Shown one piece after another: positions 55,999 through 64,000 of a DNA stretch of 64,000 nt. Position numbers and translations under genes: made by a program. Each line of letters starts with the position of its first letter. Position 1 is the first letter of the stretch. The notes under the pieces are model-generated. The model was not told where the DNA came from, made no database searches, and saw only the letters and a program-made list of their open reading frames with translations. The stretch lies in the NCBI GenBank assembly GCA_036267755.1, contig DATAVK010000134.1, positions 2,799-66,798 on the forward strand, in the 5' to 3' direction. The stretch is from Mycobacteriales bacterium. Lineage in GTDB: Bacteria; Actinomycetota; Actinomycetes; JAFAQI01.

Positions 55999-58900
55999 TC
56001 AACTGGCCGGGGAAAGCCCGATCGCCCACTGGACGGACGATCCGCTCGAGGCGTCCGTCGTCGCGGTCTGAGCCGGGTAGTTGCCCGAGACCGGCCCGGC
56101 GGAGTCGGCGACCAACGCGCTGTCTGCTGCCGAGCTGGTGCCGTACGTCGCAGCCCGCTGCGTCACGGTTGCCGGCGGCGTCCACTTCGTCGTCGTCGTC
56201 GACTTGTCCGTCCAGTAGGACACGACCCACGTGCCGGCGCTCAGTCCGGTCAATGCGGGAGTGCTGTGTGACGTGCCCGACCCGATGACCGACGAGGCGC
56301 CTTCGATCGGGGACGCCGCGGCGTTCGAGTAGTCCGACACGACGAGGCTCGCCTTGACGGACGCGGAGAAGGTCACGGCCGCCGAGGAGCCACCGTCACT
56401 GCCCGACGCGGTCTTCTCGTACACGTCGGTGGTCAGGTTCGACGCCGTCTTCGTACCGACCAGCGTCCACCCGCTCGGCACGGGCGATGTGACCGTGGTG
56501 GAGGCGAACGACTCGAACATCAGCAAGGTGTCGCCCGCGCTGGTCGCCGCGGGGATGACGACGCTCGCGCTGGTACCGCTCACGTCGGCGCTCGCGCTCC
56601 CTACGAACGCGATCCCCGCCGCGGCGGGCGAGACAGTGATCGACTTCGTGGCGACATTCGTCGCCCCGTCGTTGTCGGTCACTGTCAGCTGGACCGAGTA
56701 GGTGCCGGGCGCGCTGAACATGTGGTTCGGCGACTCCGCCGTGCTGGTGCCGTCGCCACCGAAGTTCCAGCTGTACGTCGCGATGGTGCCATCAGAGTCC
56801 GAGGAGCCCGACCCGTCGAACGAGCACGACAACCCGGTGCACGTCGAGCCCAGCACCGCCGTCGGCGGCTGGTTGGGCGTCGAGCCGGCAGGGCTCAGGA
56901 TGATCGTCCACTCCACGCCCTTCCCGCTGGCGGCGTTGGTCGTCGCCGACTTGCCGCCGTAGTTGCCGGTACCGACGGTCCCGCCAGAGTCGGCGAGCTG
57001 TGCGGTGATGAAAGCGCTGCCGGTGTCGTAGAACGACGACCTGCTGGTGACACCCGCCGGGAGCGTCCACTTCGTCGTGGTGCTCGACTTGTCAGCCCAG
57101 TACGACACCGCCAGGCTGCCGGGCGTCGTGACCGCCACGGTCGGAGTGACGTGCGTCAGGGTGCCCGAGTCGGTCGACTTCGCGTAGGCCTCGATGCTGC
57201 CGGGGGCGGCGCCCGAGTAGTCCGCGAGCGTGATGCCGTTCTTGGTGGCGGTCGCGAAGTTCACCGAAACGGTGCCACTCGAGGCATCCGCGGCGGTGGC
57301 AGCCCGGTAGTAGACGTCGGACTCGAGCGGGCTGCTCACGTCCTTGTCGAGCAGGTGCCAACCGGCCGGGACCGTGGCCGCATCCGTCGTCGCCGGCCAG
57401 GTGACGAACAGCAACAGCGCATCCCCGGGCGTCGTGCCCGGTGGGACAGCCACCGTGGTGGTGGTGCTCTTGCCGCACGCGGCCGTACCGCTGCTGCAGG
57501 TGGTCACGGCGCCCTTGAACGTGGGCACCGGGGTTGCCTGCCCGGCCGAGACCTGGATGGTCTTGGTCGCCGTGGCGCCGTCGTTATCGGTGACGGTCAG
57601 TGTGACGGTGTACGACCCTGCCTTGCTGTAGTTGTGCGAGAACAACGATGCGTCGGAGTGGTCCTCGGCGGAACCGTCGCCGAACGTCCAGGCGTAGTCC
57701 GTGATCGAACCGTCAGGGTCGAGCGAGGACGACGCGTCGAACGTGCAGCTGGTGGTGGTCGTCGAGCAGGTCGGCTGGAACGCGGCGACCGGCGGCTGGT
57801 TCGGATGCGTCGCGTCGTCGAGCATGAACATCGCGCGGCTCGCCCAGTCGGTGTCGCCCGTCGTCAGCACGGTGGGCGTGCCGCCCGCCTGGGTGCCGGT
57901 CCACGGGACCGACTCGAGCTGACCGCTGGACTTGTCAGCGAAGTACAGGGTGCTGCCGGACAGGAACGCGCCTGCCACGCCCGACCAGTTGTTGCCGTCG
58001 TTGATCGTGAACTCGTCGGCCCCGACCGCACCGGACTCCGGCTCGAACCAGCGCCAGAACATCTGCGACTGGCCCGCGACGGTGTAGAACATCCGGCCGT
58101 TCGCGTAGAACATCGACGTCACGGACCCGAGTTCGGAGCCGAAGAACGTCGGCTTGGTGCCCTGGAAGGTCTGGCCGGAGCCGGTCTGCACGTTGTCCCA
58201 GTTGGGGTCGTCGTACGGGTCGAGCGCGACCTCAGGTCCGAACGTGGTCCCGTTGAAGGTGCGCTCGTAGAGGTTGCCGTCGTTCTTCCCGTAGATCAGC
58301 TCACCGTTGACCATGAAGCCGCCGCGGATGGCACCCCAGTTGATGCCGCTGCCGGTCACGTTCTGCTCCGAGCCGACCGTCGCCGTGCCATCACCGTTGT
58401 CCACCACGTGGCGGTAGGAGATCCGGTTCGGGTCGGACGGGGTGGTCGTCGTCGGGCCGGTCTGCTGGACGTCGATCGCGTTCACGACAGGGTTGTCCGC
58501 TGGGCCCTGAGTCAGGGTGACGGTGATCTCACCGCTGGCCGGCGCCACGACCGGGAAGGACTTCATCTCCCCGACGAGGTTCCCGGCATCGGCGACGATG
58601 TCGTAGTTGGTCAGGACGGGTTGCCCGTCGATGGCCACGTTGAACACCCGTTGCCCAGCTTGGGACGTTCCGGGGTAGTTGTTCGCCAAGTAGAGGTTGA
58701 CGTTGACCGGAGTGCCCGGGTCGACCGGGAACTGGTACTGCTCGTTGCCCCACTTGCCCGTGGAGAACACGTCGGTCGGCGTGGACGCGGGGACACTGGC
58801 GTTCGTCGTCCCGGCCCACGGGTTGTCGGCGTAGGACTCGGTGTTGCCACCGGTGCGGAACGGCGTGCCGTTGGCAGTTCCGGCACCCGGGTCGCCCAAG

Positions 58901-60984
58901 GTGGTGTTGTTGTTGTCCTGCAGCCAGTCCGCCGCGCTGCCGTCCGTCGCGGCGATCTCGCTGCCGCCGGCGTTGATCCGGTAGATCGAGGCCGGGTAGG
59001 TCGTCGTCGCCGGCGAGTCCTTGACGATCTCGATGCCGTCGACGGCCGGGTTCTCAGTCTCGTGGGCGAAGTCGATGTCGACCTCACCGTCGCTGGTGAC
59101 GGTGTCACTTTCCATCATGCCGGTCTGGTCGCCGGCCGCGGCCACCATGTCGAAGTGGTTGAGGAACGTCTGACCGTCGATGTTGACGTCGAAGACGCGC
59201 TGGCCCACAGCACTTGTGCAGCTGCACCGGTTGGCGAGGTAGAGCCTGACTTCGACCTTCTCGCCGGCCGGGACTGGGAAGCCGAAGTGCATCTCGTCGC
59301 CGTCACCATGGCTGCCCGGGTCCCAGCGCTCCGAGCTGAAGATGGCGCTCGGCGTGGTCGAAGGCACCGTCGAGCTGATGTTCGCGACCGGGCCATAGCC
59401 CGCGACGTTGCTTCCCGAGTTCCGGTACGGCGAGTCGCCGGAGTTGTCGCCCTGCCAGTCCGGGCCGTTGTCGATCGCGGGGATCGTCGGGCCGCCCTCA
59501 TTGAGCCGGTAGAGCACGGTGGTGCTACCCGGGGCCGGGAAGCCGCCGGCCGTGTAGACCCGGCCGGGCAGATTCGGCGTGCTGTTCGTCGGGAGCGTCT
59601 CGCCACCGGCCAGCGGGAAGTAGGCGATCTTCTTGTGCAGGTACTTGGAGTTCCCGATGTAGTCCGTGTCGCTGCCGACGTACAGACCCGTGCTGGTCGC
59701 GAGCAGGGCGTACGCGCCCGCGCCGCGCGGGTTACGTCCGGGGTTCCAGCTCAACGGCATGCCGTTGATCGGGTCGAGCGCGACGATGCCGGGGCGCGGG
59801 ATGGCACCGGGGCCGGGGCTGTCGAGACCGAGGGAGTTGTTGACCCAGCGCTGGTGGCCGCCCACGTAGACGACCGGACCGGTCAGGGCGAGGGACAGGA
59901 ACGTGTCGTTCCCGGTGTAGTCGATCCAGCTGGGACGGACGTCGGAGCCGGTGCCGGCGGTCTCGTACCGCGCGGCCGAGTCACAGGAGGACTTGGTCCC
60001 GTCGGAGTTGGTGCCGCTGCCGCCGGTGGCGGCGATCACGAAGTACGAGCCATCCGGCGAGAACTGGACGTCGCGGATGTAGCTGTCGTAGGCGAACGAG
60101 TAGCACTGCGCGGTGTACGCCGCCGTCGCCCAGGCGGTGTCCAAGGTGGCGGAGGTCGTGCCGAGGCTGATCATCGCGACCTGGTCGCGGTAGTTCGGGT
60201 CGCTGGAGCCGGTGCAGCTGGTCGCGACGCAGGTGAAGTTGCCGATCGCGACGAGGTGGGTGCCGGACGGATCGATATCCAGCGCCTTGACGCCGGTTCC
60301 TGCGTTCGAGCAGGTGCTCGTGGCCGGGTTGCACTGGGTGCCGTAGTTGTGCTGGCCGGTGAACGACAGCGAGACGTAGGGCGTCACCTTGCCGGTGGTG
60401 GGTGTGAGCGACGTCAGACCGACGTGGCTAACACCGCCCACCGTCGTGAACAGGCCGCCCGCGAACAGGAGGTTGTTGCGCAGGACGAGCTTGTTGACGG
60501 CGCCGTTCATGGCCGAGGGCTTCCAGGTCGACACCAGTGACCCGTTGGAGGTGTTGAGCAGGGCGACCTTCATGGCGACGCCGTCCACCTGGGTGAACGA
60601 CCCCGCGATGTAGACCTCGCCCGCGGCCGGTCCCGGGATGATCGAGTCGACCTCACCGTTGACCGTGGGCAGGAAGTTGGTGTTGTCCAGGGCACCTGTG
60701 CTGGCGTTGAAGGCCGCCACGTAGTTGTGGGTGAACGCGGTGCTGGACCCGTGCGGGCTCACCGAGGTGAAGCTGCCGCCGATGTAGGTCACGCCGGCGA
60801 CCTGGCCGATCGAGAAGACGGTTCCGTTGTTGACGTCCGGGGTGAACGACGCCGGGACGGCGTTCACGACCGTCGGCTGCGTCGCCTGGACGGCCGAAGC
60901 CGGTGCCGCCACAGCCACCAAGCCGGTGAGCATGGCCGAGATCACACCGACGACAGCCAACAGGGCGGTACGGGGCCGTGCCAT
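55999..60984 (-). CDS. giant secreted multidomain protein B, paralogue of A with two extra malectin-like carbohydrate-binding domains
   Basis: 1661 aa from the ATG at 60984 (SD GAGGAG). Signal peptide MARPRTALLAVVGVISAMLTGLVAVAAPASA. Collinear with A apart from a ~370-aa insert. Confidence 0.85.
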   Translation of the reverse strand: MARPRTALLAVVGVISAMLTGLVAVAAPASAVQATQPTVVNAVPASFTPDVNNGTVFSIGQVAGVTYIGGSFTSVSPHGSSTAFTHNYVAAFNASTGALDNTNFLPTVNGEVDSIIPGPAAGEVYIAGSFTQVDGVAMKVALLNTSNGSLVSTWKPSAMNGAVNKLVLRNNLLFAGGLFTTVGGVSHVGLTSLTPTTGKVTPYVSLSFTGQHNYGTQCNPATSTCSNAGTGVKALDIDPSGTHLVAIGNFTCVATSCTGSSDPNYRDQVAMISLGTTSATLDTAWATAAYTAQCYSFAYDSYIRDVQFSPDGSYFVIAATGGSGTNSDGTKSSCDSAARYETAGTGSDVRPSWIDYTGNDTFLSLALTGPVVYVGGHQRWVNNSLGLDSPGPGAIPRPGIVALDPINGMPLSWNPGRNPRGAGAYALLATSTGLYVGSDTDYIGNSKYLHKKIAYFPLAGGETLPTNSTPNLPGRVYTAGGFPAPGSTTVLYRLNEGGPTIPAIDNGPDWQGDNSGDSPYRNSGSNVAGYGPVANISSTVPSTTPSAIFSSERWDPGSHGDGDEMHFGFPVPAGEKVEVRLYLANRCSCTSAVGQRVFDVNIDGQTFLNHFDMVAAAGDQTGMMESDTVTSDGEVDIDFAHETENPAVDGIEIVKDSPATTTYPASIYRINAGGSEIAATDGSAADWLQDNNNTTLGDPGAGTANGTPFRTGGNTESYADNPWAGTTNASVPASTPTDVFSTGKWGNEQYQFPVDPGTPVNVNLYLANNYPGTSQAGQRVFNVAIDGQPVLTNYDIVADAGNLVGEMKSFPVVAPASGEITVTLTQGPADNPVVNAIDVQQTGPTTTTPSDPNRISYRHVVDNGDGTATVGSEQNVTGSGINWGAIRGGFMVNGELIYGKNDGNLYERTFNGTTFGPEVALDPYDDPNWDNVQTGSGQTFQGTKPTFFGSELGSVTSMFYANGRMFYTVAGQSQMFWRWFEPESGAVGADEFTINDGNNWSGVAGAFLSGSTLYFADKSSGQLESVPWTGTQAGGTPTVLTTGDTDWASRAMFMLDDATHPNQPPVAAFQPTCSTTTTSCTFDASSSLDPDGSITDYAWTFGDGSAEDHSDASLFSHNYSKAGSYTVTLTVTDNDGATATKTIQVSAGQATPVPTFKGAVTTCSSGTAACGKSTTTTVAVPPGTTPGDALLLFVTWPATTDAATVPAGWHLLDKDVSSPLESDVYYRAATAADASSGTVSVNFATATKNGITLADYSGAAPGSIEAYAKSTDSGTLTHVTPTVAVTTPGSLAVSYWADKSSTTTKWTLPAGVTSRSSFYDTGSAFITAQLADSGGTVGTGNYGGKSATTNAASGKGVEWTIILSPAGSTPNQPPTAVLGSTCTGLSCSFDGSGSSDSDGTIATYSWNFGGDGTSTAESPNHMFSAPGTYSVQLTVTDNDGATNVATKSITVSPAAAGIAFVGSASADVSGTSASVVIPAATSAGDTLLMFESFASTTVTSPVPSGWTLVGTKTASNLTTDVYEKTASGSDGGSSAAVTFSASVKASLVVSDYSNAAASPIEGASSVIGSGTSHSTPALTGLSAGTWVVSYWTDKSTTTTKWTPPATVTQRAATYGTSSAADSALVADSAGPVSGNYPAQTATTDASSGSSVQWAIGLSPAS

Positions 60985-61142
60985 CAGGATTCTCCTCGTC
61001 GGCCCGGGGTCGTCCTGCTTCATGTCGCCGGGACAAGGTGGGCCGACCGACAACGTAAGTCGCGGTCGCGCCGGCCGCCGGAGAACGGGGAAAAATCACC
61101 CGCCTGGGTGCTCAAGGTGATACTCGTCACCCGTTCGGCGGA

Positions 61143-61170
61143 ATGGGCTGGCCCGAGCGGACCAGCCCAT
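61143..61170 (-). terminator. perfect 9-bp hairpin ATGGGCTGG-N10-CCAGCCCAT after the hydrolase gene
   Basis: Seen directly, 13 nt downstream of the stop at 61183. Confidence 0.5.
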
Positions 61171-61182
61171 CGACGCCCGCGC

Positions 61183-63195
61183 TCAGAAGCCGGCGGCGCT
61201 CTCGTTCCCGAGCCGGACGACCGGGCTGTTCGCCATCGCCTCGAAGGCGTTGAGCTCGCCCGGATCCGGCTGGGACTTGGAGTCGTAGGCGACCCGGAGG
61301 TCGCAGCAACCCACCATGTTCACGTCGAACACGGACAGCAGCTTGAGGTTGGGGAACTGGTTGCTCGCGAGCGTGGACTCCGCGTTGGTGTAATACGCCG
61401 CGCGATCCGCGTCGACCGCGGAGGAGGTCCCGAACTCGCCCAGCCCCCACGGCTTCGCCGTGTAGTCGTGGGACGCGTCCGTCAGGCTGCCGAGCTCGGT
61501 GTAGAAGCCCTTGACCGAGGTCGCGAAGTTGCTGGTCGCGGTGTAGGGGTCCCACAGCACCCAGTCGACGAGGTTGTTGCCCGGCCATAGCGCGTCGACC
61601 ATGCAGTTCCACCCGCTGTAGCCCATGTAGTTCATCGCCCAGACGACGTTGGTCACGCCCAGACTGTTGAACCGGCTCTCGACGTTCGCCCACATGGCGC
61701 GATAGTCGGCCGGTGTGCCGGCCCCGCCCTTGTAGACCGAGCTGGGGCACCCCGCCGCGCCAGAGGACACGTCGTTCTCAGGCTCGTGGAACAGCGCCAC
61801 CATGATCTTGGTGCTGCCCAGCGCCTTGATGCTCTTGGCCATGGCGTCGATCTGGGCGTTCACCGATGCGTTGCTGCCGTTCGCCTGGGCCCACGTCGAG
61901 ACGGGCTTCCAGTTGAGCTGCAGGAGCGTGCCCGGCTTCTGCGCGATCGCGATGTCCGATGCCGACAGGACGTCGCCGGGACGCAGGTAGTCGTGCGCCA
62001 CGACCATCGGTAGACCCGTCTGGGACACGAAGTTGTTGTGCTGCTGGGCGAAGTTGGAGCCGCCGAAGCTCTGCAGGATTCCGCCGACGAGCACGCCGCA
62101 ACTGGGCACCAACATCGACGACAGCGTGCACCCAGAGGTCTTGGTCGGCGTGGGTGTTGGGGTCACCGTCGGCGTGGCCGACGGGGTCAGCGTTGGCGTG
62201 GGCGTCACCGTCGGCGTGGCCGACGGGGTCAACGTCGGCGTGGGTGTCGCGGTCACCGTCGGCGTGGCCGAGGGGGTCAGCGTTGGCGTGGCGGAGGCCG
62301 ACGGGGTCACGGTCGGCGTGGCCGACGCGGAGGCAGAGGGGCTCGACGAGGGGGTTGCCGTGGCCGTGGCCGTGGGCGACGCCGACGCGGAGGCCGAGAC
62401 GGTCGGGGTCGGGGTCGGGGTCGGAGTCGGCGGGGTCTTGTGAACCAGCTTGCTCAGTCGGTAGTGGATCCGCAGGGTCGGGCCGTGGGAGGCCTCACGT
62501 GAGCGCACCCGCACGCTGCCGTGCCGAGCCGACGAGGTGATCGCGAACGCGTAAATGCCGTCGTGCTTGACGGCCTGGGTGACGGTGAAGGCGACGCTGT
62601 CGAGTGATGGCGATGACGTGGTGTGGCCGAGCAGGCCGGCGTGGTGCGGCGCGTTGTGCGCGTTCAGGCTGCCTTGGGTCCACCCATCGGAGGTCACCCG
62701 GTACGCCGACAGGGTCGAGACCGGCAGCCGGCCGTAGCGCTGCAGTGTCAGGGACGCCGAAGTCACGACGGCGGCGGCGGGGATCTGATTGAGCCGGAAC
62801 TTCACGAAGATGACCTTGCCGTGACTGGGCTGGCTGGATGCCGCCAGCAGGTGCTGGCCACCGGGCCGCATCATCGGCTTAGCCTGCGAGGTGTAGGTGT
62901 CCCCCTCGTCGCTCACCCACAGCGTCTGCCGTTGCGTGCTCAGACCCCAGGTGACCGGGATCCTTGCCGCCGTGACGTGGTCAAGCGCAGCGCGATGCGG
63001 GGTGAGACCGGGGATCACGGCCGCGGCCGCGGCGGCCAAGCTGAGCGACAGCAGACCTGATGCCACTGCCATCACCGTCACGGTTCGCGTGGTATGCGGA
63101 CGGCGGTGACGCGGTTGGGCGTGGGTACCAGTTCGAGCCATGGTGACTAGGTCGACCAGCAGAAAACTAGGCTGAAGGTTGCGCCATGTAGTCAT
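61183..63195 (-). CDS. secreted DNRLRE-domain protein fused by a Thr/Pro/Ser linker to a clan GH-A (GH26-like) glycoside hydrolase domain
   Basis: The N-domain pattern (VIFVKFRL...ASLTL...AYRVTSDGWTQGSLNAHNAP...VRVRSREASHGPTLRIHY) fits DNRLRE. The C-domain has FHEPEN and WGLGEFG candidate catalytic Glu contexts. An alternative start at 63141 (MARTGTH...) is possible. Confidence 0.75.
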   Translation of the reverse strand: MTTWRNLQPSFLLVDLVTMARTGTHAQPRHRRPHTTRTVTVMAVASGLLSLSLAAAAAAVIPGLTPHRAALDHVTAARIPVTWGLSTQRQTLWVSDEGDTYTSQAKPMMRPGGQHLLAASSQPSHGKVIFVKFRLNQIPAAAVVTSASLTLQRYGRLPVSTLSAYRVTSDGWTQGSLNAHNAPHHAGLLGHTTSSPSLDSVAFTVTQAVKHDGIYAFAITSSARHGSVRVRSREASHGPTLRIHYRLSKLVHKTPPTPTPTPTPTVSASASASPTATATATPSSSPSASASATPTVTPSASATPTLTPSATPTVTATPTPTLTPSATPTVTPTPTLTPSATPTVTPTPTPTKTSGCTLSSMLVPSCGVLVGGILQSFGGSNFAQQHNNFVSQTGLPMVVAHDYLRPGDVLSASDIAIAQKPGTLLQLNWKPVSTWAQANGSNASVNAQIDAMAKSIKALGSTKIMVALFHEPENDVSSGAAGCPSSVYKGGAGTPADYRAMWANVESRFNSLGVTNVVWAMNYMGYSGWNCMVDALWPGNNLVDWVLWDPYTATSNFATSVKGFYTELGSLTDASHDYTAKPWGLGEFGTSSAVDADRAAYYTNAESTLASNQFPNLKLLSVFDVNMVGCCDLRVAYDSKSQPDPGELNAFEAMANSPVVRLGNESAAGF
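62137..62436 (-). repeat. in-frame tandem repeats encoding the Thr/Pro/Ser/Ala linker
   Basis: Three ~42-48 nt units start GTCACCGTCGGCGTGGCCGA at about 62162, 62204 and 62252. They encode TPTLTPSATPTVT three times within a 100-aa low-complexity linker. Confidence 0.75.
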
Positions 63196-63330
63196 TTCGA
63201 ATCACCCGAACGGCTCATCCCGCAAATCCGGATGGGTCAATGGGCGTTGGTCGTTCAGCCGTAGGGTTGTGCCGAAGACGAGCCGATCGCCGTTGAGGAC
63301 ACGGATTTACGGCACGAGAAAGGCGCCACG

Positions 63331-64000
63331 GTGCAGCTGAGCCCACAGAGCCTGCCCGGCCCCGTGAAGGGGTTCGCGGCGGATCTGGTTGCGCGCTCCG
63401 GCCGGTTGACGGCCAGTCGCCGGATGACGCCGTCGTTCCTGGTCGCCGGCGGCCAGCGCTGCGGCACGACGTCGATGTACAAGGCCCTGATCCAGCACCC
63501 GGTCGTGCTCGGACCGGTGCTTCACAAGGGCATCCACTACTTCGACGTGGCCTACGACAAGCCGTTCGACTGGTACCAGGCGCACTTCCCGCTCCGCCGT
63601 ACCGGCGCCCGTCACAGCACCGGCGGCACGGCGGCCGTCACCTTCGAGTCGAGCCCGTACTACCTGTACCACCCGCTCGCGGCGCAGCGCATCGCTCACG
63701 ACCTCCCGGACGTCAAGCTGCTCGTGCTGGTCCGCGACCCGGTGGAGCGGGCGTACTCGGCCCACTCGCACGAGGTAGCCCGCGGCTACGAGCCCGTGAC
63801 CGACTTCGAAACCGCGCTGGCCCTCGAGCCGACGCGCCTGGCCGGCGAGGAGGACCGGCTCCGACGCGACCCGACGGCGCGCAGCGAGTCACACCGCCAC
63901 CATGCCTACGTCCAGCGCGGCCAGTACGTCGACCATTTGCGGCGGCTGTCCGACGAGCTCGGTCGCGACCGCATCCACGTGGTCGACAGCCAGGGATTCT
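63331..64000 (+). CDS. sulfotransferase family protein (3' end beyond the window)
   Basis: Open frame from the GTG at 63331 (alternative ATG at 63424) runs to the window edge. PAPS 5'-phosphosulfate loop PSFLVAGGQRCGTTS and 3'-phosphate motif LVLVRDPVERAYS. Not in the ORF track because it has no stop in the window. Confidence 0.8.
   Translation, partial: MQLSPQSLPGPVKGFAADLVARSGRLTASRRMTPSFLVAGGQRCGTTSMYKALIQHPVVLGPVLHKGIHYFDVAYDKPFDWYQAHFPLRRTGARHSTGGTAAVTFESSPYYLYHPLAAQRIAHDLPDVKLLVLVRDPVERAYSAHSHEVARGYEPVTDFETALALEPTRLAGEEDRLRRDPTARSESHRHHAYVQRGQYVDHLRRLSDELGRDRIHVVDSQGF

Noticed and set aside
56722-60540. Very long ORFs antisense to real genes: 1272 aa opposite giant gene B, 607 aa at 901-2724 opposite pckG, 692 aa at 48413-50491 opposite mfd, and 796 aa at 23747-26137 opposite the AAA+/vWA genes.
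   Set aside because: Their translations are Arg/Gly/Ala/Pro/Val-rich strings with no motifs. They mirror strongly supported genes on the other strand. Stop-poor antisense frames are expected at about 70% GC.

Overview
High-GC actinobacterial chromosomal DNA, about 68% G+C in two 60-nt control lines I counted by hand. It is densely coding on both strands. I saw no rRNA, CRISPR array, transposase or integrase. About 50 protein genes can be supported. Two housekeeping blocks match, from memory, the gene content and order of two Mycobacterium tuberculosis neighbourhoods. The first is Rv1074c-Rv1086 (thiolase, cbs, metB, greA, small membrane protein, mca, Z-prenyl diphosphate synthase). The second is Rv1020-Rv1026 (mfd, mazG, eno, ftsB/divIC-like, DUF501, ppx). 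Around them sit efflux/regulator pairs (TetR+ABC, MarR+MFS), a GT39 glycosyltransferase, DNA glycosylases and small metabolic genes. Six things stand out. (1) Directly upstream of mfd there is a tandem pair of giant secreted paralogues (1286 and 1661 aa). Each has a beta-propeller-like repeat region, two PKD domains and, after each PKD, a ~200-aa module I cannot assign to any family; the larger one also has two malectin-like inserts. They are followed by a DNRLRE-domain/GH26-like hydrolase with a repetitive Thr/Pro linker and a divergent sulfotransferase. (2) A single 1246-aa ORF fuses a 12-TM MFS transporter to a polytopic sensor, GAF, degenerate GGDEF and intact EAL domains; its middle part is locally low in GC and uses rare codons. 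(3) An aberrant tRNA-like gene has an apparent UAA anticodon on a short-variable-arm scaffold. (4) The function-unknown operon of circularly permuted ATP-grasp, alpha-E and transglutaminase is present, with a 31-bp tandem repeat array downstream. (5) A BchI/ChlI-like AAA+ ATPase and a vWA protein lie divergent from a FIST-ROK-ilvA operon. (6) A cupin gene is frameshifted. Many long ORFs in the six-frame track are antisense or run-on artefacts of high GC and were not annotated.
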